Source: Candidatus Kaiserbacteria bacterium (GTDB taxonomy: Bacteria; Patescibacteriota; Minisyncoccia; Phycocordibacterales; UBA2100). Taken from it: DNA of 56,249 nt. Under the pieces are notes generated by a model. It was given only the letters and a program-made list of their open reading frames with translations, was not told where the DNA came from and did not search any database. The number at the start of each line of letters is the position of its first letter. Positions within the stretch are counted from its first letter, which is position 1. Positions 7,928-17,511 of this stretch are shown here, piece after piece. The DNA lies in NCBI GenBank assembly GCA_016186695.1, contig JACPLC010000009.1, positions 1 to 56,249 of the forward strand, read 5' to 3'. A program made the translations under genes and the position numbers.

Positions 7928-10369
7928 ATGCCATTTCGTGTGACAGGTATGATCGTGGCGCCGGAGAACCCCATTAGAGACGCGTTGCGCTCTAACGGGG
8001 CAGGTAATGTACCGACGATATTTGCAGCGTTTGGGGCAACAGGGGATCTCATGCGGCGGAAGGTGATACCCGCCGTTTTTCACTTGTGGAAGCACGGCGA
8101 ATTGCCCGAGCGGTTTCGCGTTGTCGGGTTCTCACGGCGCGATTGGAGCGACGAGGACTTTCGGGGGTTTATTAAGGACGTCATCGAGGCGCATAACAGC
8201 GCGAGCGTTTCGCGGGGAACACTCGAACCATTTTTACAGCTCTTTACGGTCCAGAAGGGAACCTTCGAAAACGCCGCGAGCTATCGCGAGCTGAAAAAAA
8301 CGTTTGACGCGCTCGATGCCGAGTGGGGCATGTGTTCCAACAAACTTTTCTACCTTTCTGTCGCGCCCGAATACTATGATCCGATTCTCCGGCATCTTTC
8401 ACGCTCCGGCCTCGCGGAGCCGTGTGCCCCTAACGAGACGATGAGTGGTTGGACGCGCATCATCGTTGAAAAGCCGTTTGGCATGGATTCGAAAACGGCG
8501 AAAGTGATTGACGAACTTCTCGGGAGGCTTTTTCAGGAAGACCAGATCTATCGCATCGACCACTACCTTGCCAAAGAGATGATGCAAAATATTCTCACCT
8601 TCCGGTTCTCGAACAATCTCTTCGAGCTCGCGTGGGGAAACGAGCTGATTGAGAATATTCATGTCAAACTTCTCGAGCGCATCGGCGTCGAGGATCGCGG
8701 CGAATTTTACGACCACGTGGGAGCACTCCGCGATGTGGGCCAAAACCACCTTCTGCAAATGCTCGCGCTCGTGACGATGGACGCGCCAGTTAGTTTCGAT
8801 GCTGCCTCGATCCAAAAGAAGCGCGCGGAAATCCTCCGCTCACTCAACGTGGTTTCGCCGAAGGAGGCAGGCACAGCAACGTTTCGCGCGCAACATGAGG
8901 GATATGATTCGATAAAGGGTGTGGCTTCGGGATCACAGACCGAAACGTATTTCAAGATCCGCACGGAGCTCGCACATCCGAAATGGCGAGGAGTACCTGT
9001 CGTACTTGAGAGCGGGAAGCGGATGGGTAGGGCTTTGAAGGAAATCGTCATCACGTTCAAACACCCAGTTCCGTGCCTCTGCCCCGTGGGTCAGCCACAC
9101 CACAAGAACGAAATAATCATCAGGATGGAGCCGCGCGAGGAGATCCTCATCGAATTTTGGTCGAAAGCACTCGGGTTTTCGTTTACGACCGAACAGCGCA
9201 TGTTCCACTACATGCTCCGTGAACAATCGGCGCATGTGCCGTATGTTGAAGAGTACGCGAAGCTTCTCCTCGATTGCATCCGCGGCGATCAAACACTCTT
9301 CATCTCGACCGAAGAAGTGCGCGCCATGTGGCGATTCACCGACCCTATCATTGAGGCATGGCAGAAGGGGCTTGCTCCGCTCCACACGTACAAGCCGGAT
9401 TCGAAGGATATTTCCGAAATTTCGAGATCGATCGAAGCGGCTCCGAGCACACCCGTGTTGCGGAAGGAAATCGGCATCATCGGTCTCGGCAAAATGGGAG
9501 GTGGTGTTGCACGTTCACTTCTTGAAAAAGGGTGGCGAGTGCATGGATACACTTCGCGCAAAGAGAATGCGGATGCGCTCGCAAAGGAGGGAATGCTGGT
9601 CGCGCCGTCATTTGAGGCGTGTGTTGCCGCGCTCCCGAAGCCGCGCATCGTGTGGCTGATGACCACGGCAGGCAAAGCCGTTGACGAGGTTTTGTTCGGA
9701 AAAAACGGCGTTGTAAAGGAACTGTCGAAAGGCGATGTCGTTATTGACGCTGGCAATACATATTTCAAAGACTCGATAGCTCGTGCCAAAAAGCTGAAGC
9801 GGCACGGCATCACATTCATCGACGTCGGTTTCTCTGGCGGTCCCTCCGGAGCGAGAAATGGCGGATGCCTGATGATCGGCGGAGACGAAAAAGCGTTCAA
9901 AAAACTCGAACCTTTGTTTGCCGACCTTTCGATTAAAGAGGGCTATCAATTTTTTGCCGGCGCGGGAGCGGGGCACTTCGTGAAGATGATCCACAATGGC
10001 ATCGAGTACGGGATGATGCAGGCGATCGGCGAGGGTTTTGCCATCATGAAAAAATCGAAATACAAACTCGATCTCACGCGCGTCAGTGACATCTACAATC
10101 ACGGAAGCGTCATCGAGTCGCGTCTCGTCGGCTGGCTCAAAAAAGCGTTTGAGGTGCACGGTGAGGGGCTCGCAGATGTCTCCGGCTCGGTAGGGCACAC
10201 GGGTGAGGGTGCGTGGACGGTGAAGACGGCGAAAGAACTAAAACTGAAGGCGAAGGTGATAGAGGAAGCGCTCAAATTCCGCGTTCATTCGGCAAAACAT
10301 CCCGATTACACGGGCAAAGTCGTCTCCGCACTGCGTGAACAATTTGGCGGGCACAGCGTGAAAAAATAG
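7928..10369 (+). CDS. zwf: Fusion protein: glucose-6-phosphate dehydrogenase (N) + 6-phosphogluconate dehydrogenase-like (C)
   Basis: N-terminal part: FGATGDLMRRKV, VEKPFG, RIDHYLAKE. C-terminal ~300 aa: IGIIGLGKMGGGVARSL Rossmann, GAGHFVKMIHNGIEYGMMQAIGEG. One uninterrupted 813-codon frame. Confidence 0.85.
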   Translation: MPFRVTGMIVAPENPIRDALRSNGAGNVPTIFAAFGATGDLMRRKVIPAVFHLWKHGELPERFRVVGFSRRDWSDEDFRGFIKDVIEAHNSASVSRGTLEPFLQLFTVQKGTFENAASYRELKKTFDALDAEWGMCSNKLFYLSVAPEYYDPILRHLSRSGLAEPCAPNETMSGWTRIIVEKPFGMDSKTAKVIDELLGRLFQEDQIYRIDHYLAKEMMQNILTFRFSNNLFELAWGNELIENIHVKLLERIGVEDRGEFYDHVGALRDVGQNHLLQMLALVTMDAPVSFDAASIQKKRAEILRSLNVVSPKEAGTATFRAQHEGYDSIKGVASGSQTETYFKIRTELAHPKWRGVPVVLESGKRMGRALKEIVITFKHPVPCLCPVGQPHHKNEIIIRMEPREEILIEFWSKALGFSFTTEQRMFHYMLREQSAHVPYVEEYAKLLLDCIRGDQTLFISTEEVRAMWRFTDPIIEAWQKGLAPLHTYKPDSKDISEISRSIEAAPSTPVLRKEIGIIGLGKMGGGVARSLLEKGWRVHGYTSRKENADALAKEGMLVAPSFEACVAALPKPRIVWLMTTAGKAVDEVLFGKNGVVKELSKGDVVIDAGNTYFKDSIARAKKLKRHGITFIDVGFSGGPSGARNGGCLMIGGDEKAFKKLEPLFADLSIKEGYQFFAGAGAGHFVKMIHNGIEYGMMQAIGEGFAIMKKSKYKLDLTRVSDIYNHGSVIESRLVGWLKKAFEVHGEGLADVSGSVGHTGEGAWTVKTAKELKLKAKVIEEALKFRVHSAKHPDYTGKVVSALREQFGGHSVKK

Positions 10370-10388
10370 GCTACAATACCGCCTATAT

Positions 10389-11930
10389 ATGCTTTCAGAG
10401 CCCGTACGGGAGCTGGTTCTCAAGGTTGAGGTTGCAGAGGAGGCCCATCGAGCTGCCCCGCGGGGAGAAATGCTCGAAGTCTCGACGATCGTCGGGAAGG
10501 CGGCATCAGTATACGAAAAGCTCCGCTACCTCATCGACTACCGCGAGGAGCACACCATCCGCCGCGCCGCACTGGAGCGGATCCTGAAGCGCCGCGTCTT
10601 TATTGAGCTCAAGGCGGAGAGCGGCCTCATACTTTTGCAGGAGCTCGTGGATGGCAAGTATATTCCGAAAGAACTTGCGACCGAGGAGATGGCGCGCGAG
10701 ATCGACGGTATTATCGCGAAGTATCTCGAGTTGCGACGTCTCGCGAATGCAAACGGCAATACCGGAAGACGTCTCATCAGCTTTGCGGCAACGGAGATCG
10801 ATGCGCACCTCTCGCCCGTCGTGTATGCGATAGACCACGAGAGTGCAGAGGCGCTCTATAAAAGCCTCAAAGGCCGCGCGAGCGCCTACGGGTACTCGGA
10901 AGAAGAGACGAATGCGCAGCTCTACTCTGCCTGTTGGCGCGCGCTCCTCGGGGCGGACGATGAACGTCTTTCGTACGCGCTCTGGCTTCTCTACGTGCCT
11001 GGCTGGAACAACGGCGCGGATATTCAGGAGGTCGCACAGAAACTTCCTGCCGTTATTGGAAATATCCGCGCGACCATTGCGGGCCATCTGCAATGGCGCA
11101 TAGCGCCTAAGATCAAGAACGAGGCGATCTACTTCCGCATCATTCGCAGGGTACTCGAGTTGCACGGCGGGGGCGCCGCGCGGGTTCTTGAGAATACGAC
11201 GCAGCTCGATCAGTTCACCCGTGAATTTCTGGACGAAACGTATGAGCACGAAAACGAGCGCATTCAAAAGAGTGGCATGCGCGCCGTCTTGTACCTTTTC
11301 ATCACGAAGATGACGGTCGCGCTCATTGCCGAGCTTCCCTATGAGCTTTTCGTGCTCGGTGGTATCCACTACTTTCCGCTTTCGGTGAACATTCTCTTTC
11401 ACCCACTCCTTCTCTTTGCACTCACGCGGCGTGCAGGTGCCTTGGACGAGGCGAACACGAATGCCATCATTGAAGGACTTCACGGTGTGCTCTATGAAGG
11501 CAGGGTGCGAACCGTGCGCGTCAAGAGTGCATACACAGGATTCACCGTCGCGTTCAGCTTCGCGTATCTCATCCTTTTCATCTTCGTGTTCGGGGGTGTC
11601 ATCGGCGTGCTGCAGCTTATGAAGTTCAACCCTGTTTCCATCGGCCTTTTCCTTTTCTTCCTCGCGCTCGTTTCCTACTTCGCATTCCGCATCCGGTACC
11701 GCGCGCGGCGCTGGAAGCTCGTGCGCGAGCAGGGAACGATCGCGATAATTCTCGGTGTCTTGGCCGTTCCGATCATCCGCGCAGGCGAATGGCTTTCGCG
11801 GACATTTTCCACCATCAACGTATTTGTCATGTTTCTCGATTTCATCATCGAAACGCCGTTCAAGCGCCTTTTACACTTCGCGAATCAGTTTTTGATCTAC
11901 TTACGCGAAAAAGGAGAGGAGATACGATAG
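10389..11930 (+). CDS. Hypothetical multi-pass membrane protein
   Basis: 513-aa ORF with a soluble N-terminal half and several TM helices in the C-terminal half. No family confidently recognised. Confidence 0.55.
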   Translation: MLSEPVRELVLKVEVAEEAHRAAPRGEMLEVSTIVGKAASVYEKLRYLIDYREEHTIRRAALERILKRRVFIELKAESGLILLQELVDGKYIPKELATEEMAREIDGIIAKYLELRRLANANGNTGRRLISFAATEIDAHLSPVVYAIDHESAEALYKSLKGRASAYGYSEEETNAQLYSACWRALLGADDERLSYALWLLYVPGWNNGADIQEVAQKLPAVIGNIRATIAGHLQWRIAPKIKNEAIYFRIIRRVLELHGGGAARVLENTTQLDQFTREFLDETYEHENERIQKSGMRAVLYLFITKMTVALIAELPYELFVLGGIHYFPLSVNILFHPLLLFALTRRAGALDEANTNAIIEGLHGVLYEGRVRTVRVKSAYTGFTVAFSFAYLILFIFVFGGVIGVLQLMKFNPVSIGLFLFFLALVSYFAFRIRYRARRWKLVREQGTIAIILGVLAVPIIRAGEWLSRTFSTINVFVMFLDFIIETPFKRLLHFANQFLIYLREKGEEIR

Positions 11931-11933
11931 CTT

Positions 11934-12013
11934 TTCGCGGGCTCGAAATTTCCCGCCTGCGGGGCTCGCTACGCTTCGAACAAGTCCTCGTCGGAAAATT
12001 CCGGGCCCGCGAG
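11934..12013. repeat. Large imperfect palindromic element (intergenic)
   Basis: cgcgggctcgaaatttcc (11936-11953) pairs imperfectly with ggaaaattccgggcccgcg (11993-12011) around a ~40-nt GC-rich core. Confidence 0.5.
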
Positions 12014-12065
12014 CGCTACACAGAAAAGAGAAGTTGGAAAAATAGACATAACCCGCTACAATCCG

Positions 12066-13337
12066 ATGATTATGTCTGACAATCCGTGGCAGCGAGCGCG
12101 TACACAGCTCAAGAACACTGCCAAACATCTTTCACTCGATCCGCTCCTGCTCGCCCGGCTTTCGAATCCCGATCGTGTCATCGAAGTGTCGCTGCCGATC
12201 AAGATGGACGACGGCAGCGTGCGTGTGTTTGAAGGATTTCGCATCCAGCACAACAATCTGCGCGGGCCCTACAAGGGCGGTACGCGTTACCATCCGAAGG
12301 TCGACATGGACGAGGTGAAGGCGCTCTCATTCTGGATGACGTTCAAAACCGCGCTCATCGACATTCCTTTCGGTGGCGGCAAGGGTGGTATTACGATTGA
12401 TCCGAAGAAACTCTCTGCCGGGGAGCTCGAGCGGCTGACGCGCGAGTATGCGCGCAAGCTCGCACCGGTGATCGGCCCTACGGTGGACGTGCCCGGGCCG
12501 GACCTTAATGCTGGGGGCGTCATCATGGAGCTCCTGCGCGACGAATATTCGCGCGTCGTCGGCACCGACACACCGTCGATTACGACGGGCAAGCCGATCG
12601 ATCGAGGCGGTTCCGAAGGACGAACCGAGTCTACGGGCCTCGGCGGTAGCTATGCGCTCGAAACGTTTTTGCGCTTGATGCAACGCAATCCGCGAGGAAT
12701 GACGGTCGCTGTGCAGGGATTCGGCAACGTCGGCAGCTACCTCGCCCGCTACCTGCAGGAAATGGGGATGCGCATCGTCGCACTTTCGGATTCGAAGGGC
12801 GGCATTTATATTCCAAAGGGCATCACCGACCTCAAAGCCGTGGAAGAGTGCAAAGAGAAAAGCGGCAAACTGGCGGGATGCTACTGCGTGGGATCGGTGT
12901 GCGATCTTTCCAACATGGAATCTCTCGGTGGCCGAGACGTTTCTCCCGAGGAAGTCCTGACGCTTCCCGTGGATGTGGTCGTGCCTGCCGCGCTCGAAAA
13001 CGCGATTACCGAGGAGAACGCCAAAGATATTAAGGCCTCGATTGTGCTCGAAATGGCCAATGGTCCGACCACGCTCGAAGCCGACAAAATTCTCGCGCGC
13101 AAAGGCGTGCTCGTCATTCCGGACTTTCTCGCCAACGCCGGCGGTGTCGCGGTCTCGTACTTCGAGTGGTACCAAAACATGCACGGCGAAACGTGGAAAA
13201 AAGATGCGGTCTTCGAGAAGCTGAAAGAAAAAATGGAGTCGGCGGCGCGGAGTGTTCATGAGGCCTCAAAGGAGTATAGTGTTTCTCTTCGCGACGCGGC
13301 CTACATCGTGGCGCTGAAACGTCTCGCCGTAATGTGA
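12066..13337 (+). CDS. gdhA: Glutamate dehydrogenase
   Basis: KGGTRYHP, FGGGKGGI, GFGNVG Rossmann motif. The start may be ATG 12072. Confidence 0.92.
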   Translation: MIMSDNPWQRARTQLKNTAKHLSLDPLLLARLSNPDRVIEVSLPIKMDDGSVRVFEGFRIQHNNLRGPYKGGTRYHPKVDMDEVKALSFWMTFKTALIDIPFGGGKGGITIDPKKLSAGELERLTREYARKLAPVIGPTVDVPGPDLNAGGVIMELLRDEYSRVVGTDTPSITTGKPIDRGGSEGRTESTGLGGSYALETFLRLMQRNPRGMTVAVQGFGNVGSYLARYLQEMGMRIVALSDSKGGIYIPKGITDLKAVEECKEKSGKLAGCYCVGSVCDLSNMESLGGRDVSPEEVLTLPVDVVVPAALENAITEENAKDIKASIVLEMANGPTTLEADKILARKGVLVIPDFLANAGGVAVSYFEWYQNMHGETWKKDAVFEKLKEKMESAARSVHEASKEYSVSLRDAAYIVALKRLAVM

Positions 13338-13338
13338 A

Positions 13339-14103
13339 ATGGACAAATTCATCCAAACGATAACGAAGAAGGCCGGTGACGCGGTCTTGGAGAAATTCGG
13401 CAAAGAGGGCGTCCATTACACCAAATCTCACGAACGATGGGACGTCGTGACGAAAGCGGACCTTCTTTCGGAGAAGATACTCATCTCTGCCATTCGAAGG
13501 AGATATCCGAACCATGGGATAATTTCAGAGGAGAGTGGAAGGATAAATGAGAAAGCCGAATATGTATGGATCCTCGATCCGATCGACGGAACTCTGAATT
13601 ACTCGCTCGGTGTTCCCGCGTTCGGGGTGATGGTATGTCTTACGTATAGAGGAAGTGTCATTCTGTCTGCCATCAACATGCCTGCAACCAAGGAATTTTT
13701 TTTCGCGAAGGCGGGCCGTGGTGCATATCTCAATGGTAAAAAAATACGCTGCACAAAGTCCAAGCGGCTGCAGACCACGTTTGGCATGCACGGGACGACG
13801 TTAAACCCGCGAACAACTGCCTTTTTGCGAAACGTGCTGCGGATTGCTCCCCGTAGCCATATCTTGCTCGGCTCATTTTCGAGTCCTGCCAACGCATGCT
13901 ATGTCGCGACAGGCCAAAGGGATTGGATAGTATCCTTGAGCGGGCAGATCTGGGATTTTGCTCCGGAGTATCTGATTCTTAAGGAGTCGGGCTGCAAGGT
14001 GACCGACACGAAGGGAAATCCTTGGAAGCTCGGAATGCTCGAAATGGTCGCCGCGAACCCCGCTTTGCACAAACAACTCGTGAAATTGACCAAGGGCGTG
14101 TAA
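13339..14103 (+). CDS. Inositol monophosphatase family protein
   Basis: SEESG...WILDPIDGTLNY...WDFAP motifs of the IMPase/SuhB family. Confidence 0.85.
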   Translation: MDKFIQTITKKAGDAVLEKFGKEGVHYTKSHERWDVVTKADLLSEKILISAIRRRYPNHGIISEESGRINEKAEYVWILDPIDGTLNYSLGVPAFGVMVCLTYRGSVILSAINMPATKEFFFAKAGRGAYLNGKKIRCTKSKRLQTTFGMHGTTLNPRTTAFLRNVLRIAPRSHILLGSFSSPANACYVATGQRDWIVSLSGQIWDFAPEYLILKESGCKVTDTKGNPWKLGMLEMVAANPALHKQLVKLTKGV

Positions 14104-14120
14104 AGGCGGATACTGCTCGC

Positions 14121-14519
14121 GTGAGCAACGGCAAAAGCTGGCACGATTGGTACGTTGAAGAGCGCTCCGCAGGTGCGCGGGTCTCGGACAAAATCACATT
14201 ATTTATTGGCTCGTGGCCATTTGTATACATTCATGTCGTGTGGTTCGGCTTCTGGGTCTTCTATCCCGTCGAGCCCTTTCCCTACGGATTTCTCACGATG
14301 CTCGTTTCCTTAGAGGCGATCATTCTCGCGACTCTCATCATGATGTCGCAGAACAGGCAGGCGGAGCGCGATAGGTATCGGGCGGAGGCAGATTTGGCGA
14401 CCGATGTTGCGGCAAAAAAGGAGATTGATGAAATTCAGGAGATGCTTGCCCGCATCGATAGGGAAAAACTCGACAAAATTCTCGCGATTCTCAAATCTTC
14501 CAGTAGCTCGACCTTCTAA
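14121..14519 (+). CDS. DUF1003-family membrane protein
   Basis: SDKITLFIGSWPFVYIH...LVSLEAIILATLIMMSQNRQAERDR pattern. GTG start just after the preceding stop. Confidence 0.65.
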   Translation: MSNGKSWHDWYVEERSAGARVSDKITLFIGSWPFVYIHVVWFGFWVFYPVEPFPYGFLTMLVSLEAIILATLIMMSQNRQAERDRYRAEADLATDVAAKKEIDEIQEMLARIDREKLDKILAILKSSSSSTF

Positions 14520-14538
14520 TCTTGTGCTACCATCTGGC

Positions 14539-15735
14539 ATGGCAAAGACCTCATTTGATGCACAGAAATTATTGGCCAAGCGGGTGCTCCGAATCGGCGA
14601 TTCTGCCATTCGGAAAATGATGACGACGGGGCACAAGGTTGCCGGCGCTATCTCGCTCGCGCAGGGCATTCCGGATGCAAAGACGCCTCTCTACATCCGC
14701 GAAGGCATTACGGAACTTCTCAAAGAAAACGACAAAATAGGGAAATACTCGCTCGGGCCGGGGCTTCCCGAACTCCGACAGATCGTCGCAGATACAATTT
14801 CAAAAAAGGGCAACTTTTCCGTAGATCCAGACAAGAATGTCTGCATCACGGCAGGCGCGATAGAGGCGCTCGCGATCACGATTTCCTCAATTGTCGATGA
14901 GGGCGACGAGGCGATTCTCTTTGATCCGGGATATCCGCCGTACATCCCGCAGGTTGTGTTTAGCGGAGGGACGCCGGTCTTGGTTCCATTGCAAGCCGAG
15001 AACGGTTGGAAAATAGATTTGAAAAAGCTACAGGCAGCAGTGACACCGAAAACGAAAGCACTCATAGTTTGCAATCCTTCAAACCCGACGGGGATGGTGA
15101 TGGGGAAAGAGGAGCTCGATGCGATCGCGGCACTCGCCGCGGAGCACGGATTCTTCGTTATCGCGGATCTCACGTATGAATTCTTGGTGTACGACAAAGG
15201 GAAAATCCCGACACTCCTTGCGTATCCCGAGATCCGCGACAGGCTCATCATCTGCTACTCGTTCTCGAAAGAATTTTCGATGACGGGTTGGCGCGCGGGC
15301 TACCTCTACGCTCCGGAGAAAGTGCTCGAGCAGGCGCTGAAGGTGCATGACGAATTTTTGCTCTGCGCTCCGACGCCTTCGCAATACGCCGCGCTCGTCG
15401 CGCTTACGAAAAAGCCCAATGACGATCCTGAAGGACTTCATGCCGAGATGGCCACAAAGCGCGAGCTTATCTGCGAGCGCTTGGATCGTTTGGGTGACCT
15501 CTTTTCGTACACGAAGCCCCGCGGCGCCTACTACATTCTCGCCAAATACAAGAAACCCGATATCGATTCATGGGCATTTGCGATGCGCATGCTCAATGAG
15601 GCCAAGGTCATCGTCATTCCGGGCGTCGCCTGCGGCTCGCAGGGCGAAGGACACGTGCGCTTTTCCTACGGCGCGTCGAAAGAGAAGATACACGAAGCAT
15701 TCGATCGCATCGAAGCGTGGGCAAAGACGCTCTAA
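14539..15735 (+). CDS. Class I/II PLP-dependent aminotransferase (aspartate aminotransferase-like)
   Basis: NPSNPTG, PLP-lysine motif SFSKEFSMTGWRAGY, C-terminal RFSY. Confidence 0.85.
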   Translation: MAKTSFDAQKLLAKRVLRIGDSAIRKMMTTGHKVAGAISLAQGIPDAKTPLYIREGITELLKENDKIGKYSLGPGLPELRQIVADTISKKGNFSVDPDKNVCITAGAIEALAITISSIVDEGDEAILFDPGYPPYIPQVVFSGGTPVLVPLQAENGWKIDLKKLQAAVTPKTKALIVCNPSNPTGMVMGKEELDAIAALAAEHGFFVIADLTYEFLVYDKGKIPTLLAYPEIRDRLIICYSFSKEFSMTGWRAGYLYAPEKVLEQALKVHDEFLLCAPTPSQYAALVALTKKPNDDPEGLHAEMATKRELICERLDRLGDLFSYTKPRGAYYILAKYKKPDIDSWAFAMRMLNEAKVIVIPGVACGSQGEGHVRFSYGASKEKIHEAFDRIEAWAKTL

Positions 15736-15807
15736 AAGCCGTTGTGCTATCCACACCGAAATGGTGCTCTACTTGACTAAAGCACTGTAGTTAGATAAAG
15801 TGGCGGT

Positions 15808-16116
15808 ATGAACTGGAACAAATCGGAGAATAAGGCTTTACTTCGAGCTCTCTTGTCGCTCAAAAATGCTGATGAAGCGGGTCGTTTTTTGCGCGATCTG
15901 CTCACCAAGGCCGAAATTGCCGAATTCGCAAAGCGCTTCCGAGCCGCAGAAATGTTGGCCAAAAAAGAGCCGTATTCGGCCATCGAACGGGAAACAGGGC
16001 TTAGTTCGACCACGGTGGCCCGCGTCTCCAAGTGGCTCAAGGGCAAGGAAGGCGGCTATCGCAGAGTTATCGGTCGTTTGCATCATCACTCTTCTCCCAT
16101 CGCACGAGGGGGTTGA
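15808..16116 (+). CDS. TrpR-related YerC/YecD-family HTH protein
   Basis: LLSLKNADEAGRFLRDLLTKAEIAEFAKRFR...YSAIERETGLSSTTVARVSKWL. Confidence 0.7.
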   Translation: MNWNKSENKALLRALLSLKNADEAGRFLRDLLTKAEIAEFAKRFRAAEMLAKKEPYSAIERETGLSSTTVARVSKWLKGKEGGYRRVIGRLHHHSSPIARGG

Positions 16117-16148
16117 ATTGAAATTCTCCATTATATTTTTCAAACCAG

Positions 16149-16176
16149 CCCTCTCTTGCGAGAGGGTTGTCTTTTT
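16149..16176 (+). terminator. Rho-independent terminator
   Basis: ccctctc-ttgc-gagaggg followed by ttgtcttttt. Confidence 0.6.
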
Positions 16177-16238
16177 GCGAGAGAAAAGGGTTTTGCCTGC
16201 CCCTAAAAAGCAGGCGTGGTCTTTGAGGAACCAAAAAG

Positions 16239-17126
16239 ATGAGTCTTAAGATCGCACTTCCATCGAAGGATCTCGAGGAACCGACCGTGGAGCTGCTTAA
16301 AGCGACTCGGATCAAGATCCACCACAGTAAGCCGAGGAACAGCCACGTTAAGATCTCCGGCTTGCGGGGGATACAACGCGGTGCCTTCATGCGCTCGGCC
16401 GACGTCGCTGAATTCGTCGGCGCGGGTGCGTATGACGTCGGTATCACCACAAACGAGGTGATCGCGGAATACGGCCGCAAGGTCGTCGTCTGTGCGAATC
16501 TCGGCTTCAGCAGGAATGGCCGCCAGACCAAAGTCGTCCTCTTCGCCCACCAGCGAAGCGGGATCCGGGGCCTGAAGGACATCCCGCGAGGGACAACGGT
16601 GAGGACGGAGTTTCCGCGTCTTACCCGCGCTTTCTTCCGCCGGTACAAGGTGCTCGGGAAGGTAGTGCTGGTGCCGTCGCGCGGCTCGACCGAGACTCAC
16701 GTCCCGTGTACGTATCCGCTCGGGGTCTGTCTTACGGACTCTGGGCAGACCATCAAAGACCATGGACTGCGCGTCATTGCGGAGCTCATGCGTTCGGATA
16801 CTGTACTGATCGCCAATCGTAATGCGTACCGTGATCCGGAGAAGAAGATGATCATCGAGGATCTCGCGTCCCTGCTCGTCGGTACGGTGAATGCGCGTGA
16901 AATGCGCGTGCTTAAATTCAATATGCCGATCACTGCGCTGCCTCGCGTCCGGAAGATCCTTCCAGGGCGGAAAGGACAGAGTCCGACCATCAACCATCTC
17001 GACGACGGAAATGTCGCCGTCGAATACGTTGTCCTCGTGCCTGAGATCAACGATCTGAAGCCTCGGCTGAAGAGGGCCGGCGCGACCTACATTCTTGTCG
17101 GTCGCGAAGAATCCGTAATCCCGTAA
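16239..17126 (+). CDS. hisG: ATP phosphoribosyltransferase (long form)
   Basis: LKIALPSK...L, DVGITTNEVI, SRGSTE...LTDSGQTIKDHGL and a C-terminal regulatory-domain-length extension (295 aa). Confidence 0.8.
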   Translation: MSLKIALPSKDLEEPTVELLKATRIKIHHSKPRNSHVKISGLRGIQRGAFMRSADVAEFVGAGAYDVGITTNEVIAEYGRKVVVCANLGFSRNGRQTKVVLFAHQRSGIRGLKDIPRGTTVRTEFPRLTRAFFRRYKVLGKVVLVPSRGSTETHVPCTYPLGVCLTDSGQTIKDHGLRVIAELMRSDTVLIANRNAYRDPEKKMIIEDLASLLVGTVNAREMRVLKFNMPITALPRVRKILPGRKGQSPTINHLDDGNVAVEYVVLVPEINDLKPRLKRAGATYILVGREESVIP

Positions 17127-17164
17127 AACGACAGAGTCGGCACTTCGCCGACAGGAGAAAGATC

Positions 17165-17497
17165 ATGAAAGTGCTGAAACCCAACTTCGAAAAACGCGGT
17201 GGCTTTGTACCAGTTATCGTCCAGGATTCTGTCTCGAAGGAAGTTCTGATGCTCGCGTATCAGAACGAAGAGGCGTGGAGAAAGTCTATCAGAGAACTCA
17301 CTCTCACCCTGTTCTCGACGTCCCGCAAAAAACTGTGGACCAAAGGGGAAACGAGCGGCAACCGTATGCAAATCGTCGACGTGATTATCGACTGTGACGA
17401 AGACGCTCTCCTCTACCTAGTGAAGATGCAAGGGGATCAGGTTGCCTGCCACACCGGCGCACGCTCGTGCTTCTATCGTTTCTTGTTGAACCCATAG
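17165..17497 (+). CDS. hisI: Phosphoribosyl-AMP cyclohydrolase
   Basis: LWTKGETSGNRMQIVDVIIDCDEDALLYLV...ACHTGARSCFY. AGGAG Shine-Dalgarno upstream. Confidence 0.85.
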   Translation: MKVLKPNFEKRGGFVPVIVQDSVSKEVLMLAYQNEEAWRKSIRELTLTLFSTSRKKLWTKGETSGNRMQIVDVIIDCDEDALLYLVKMQGDQVACHTGARSCFYRFLLNP

Positions 17498-17511
17498 AGG
17501 AGATCCAAAGC

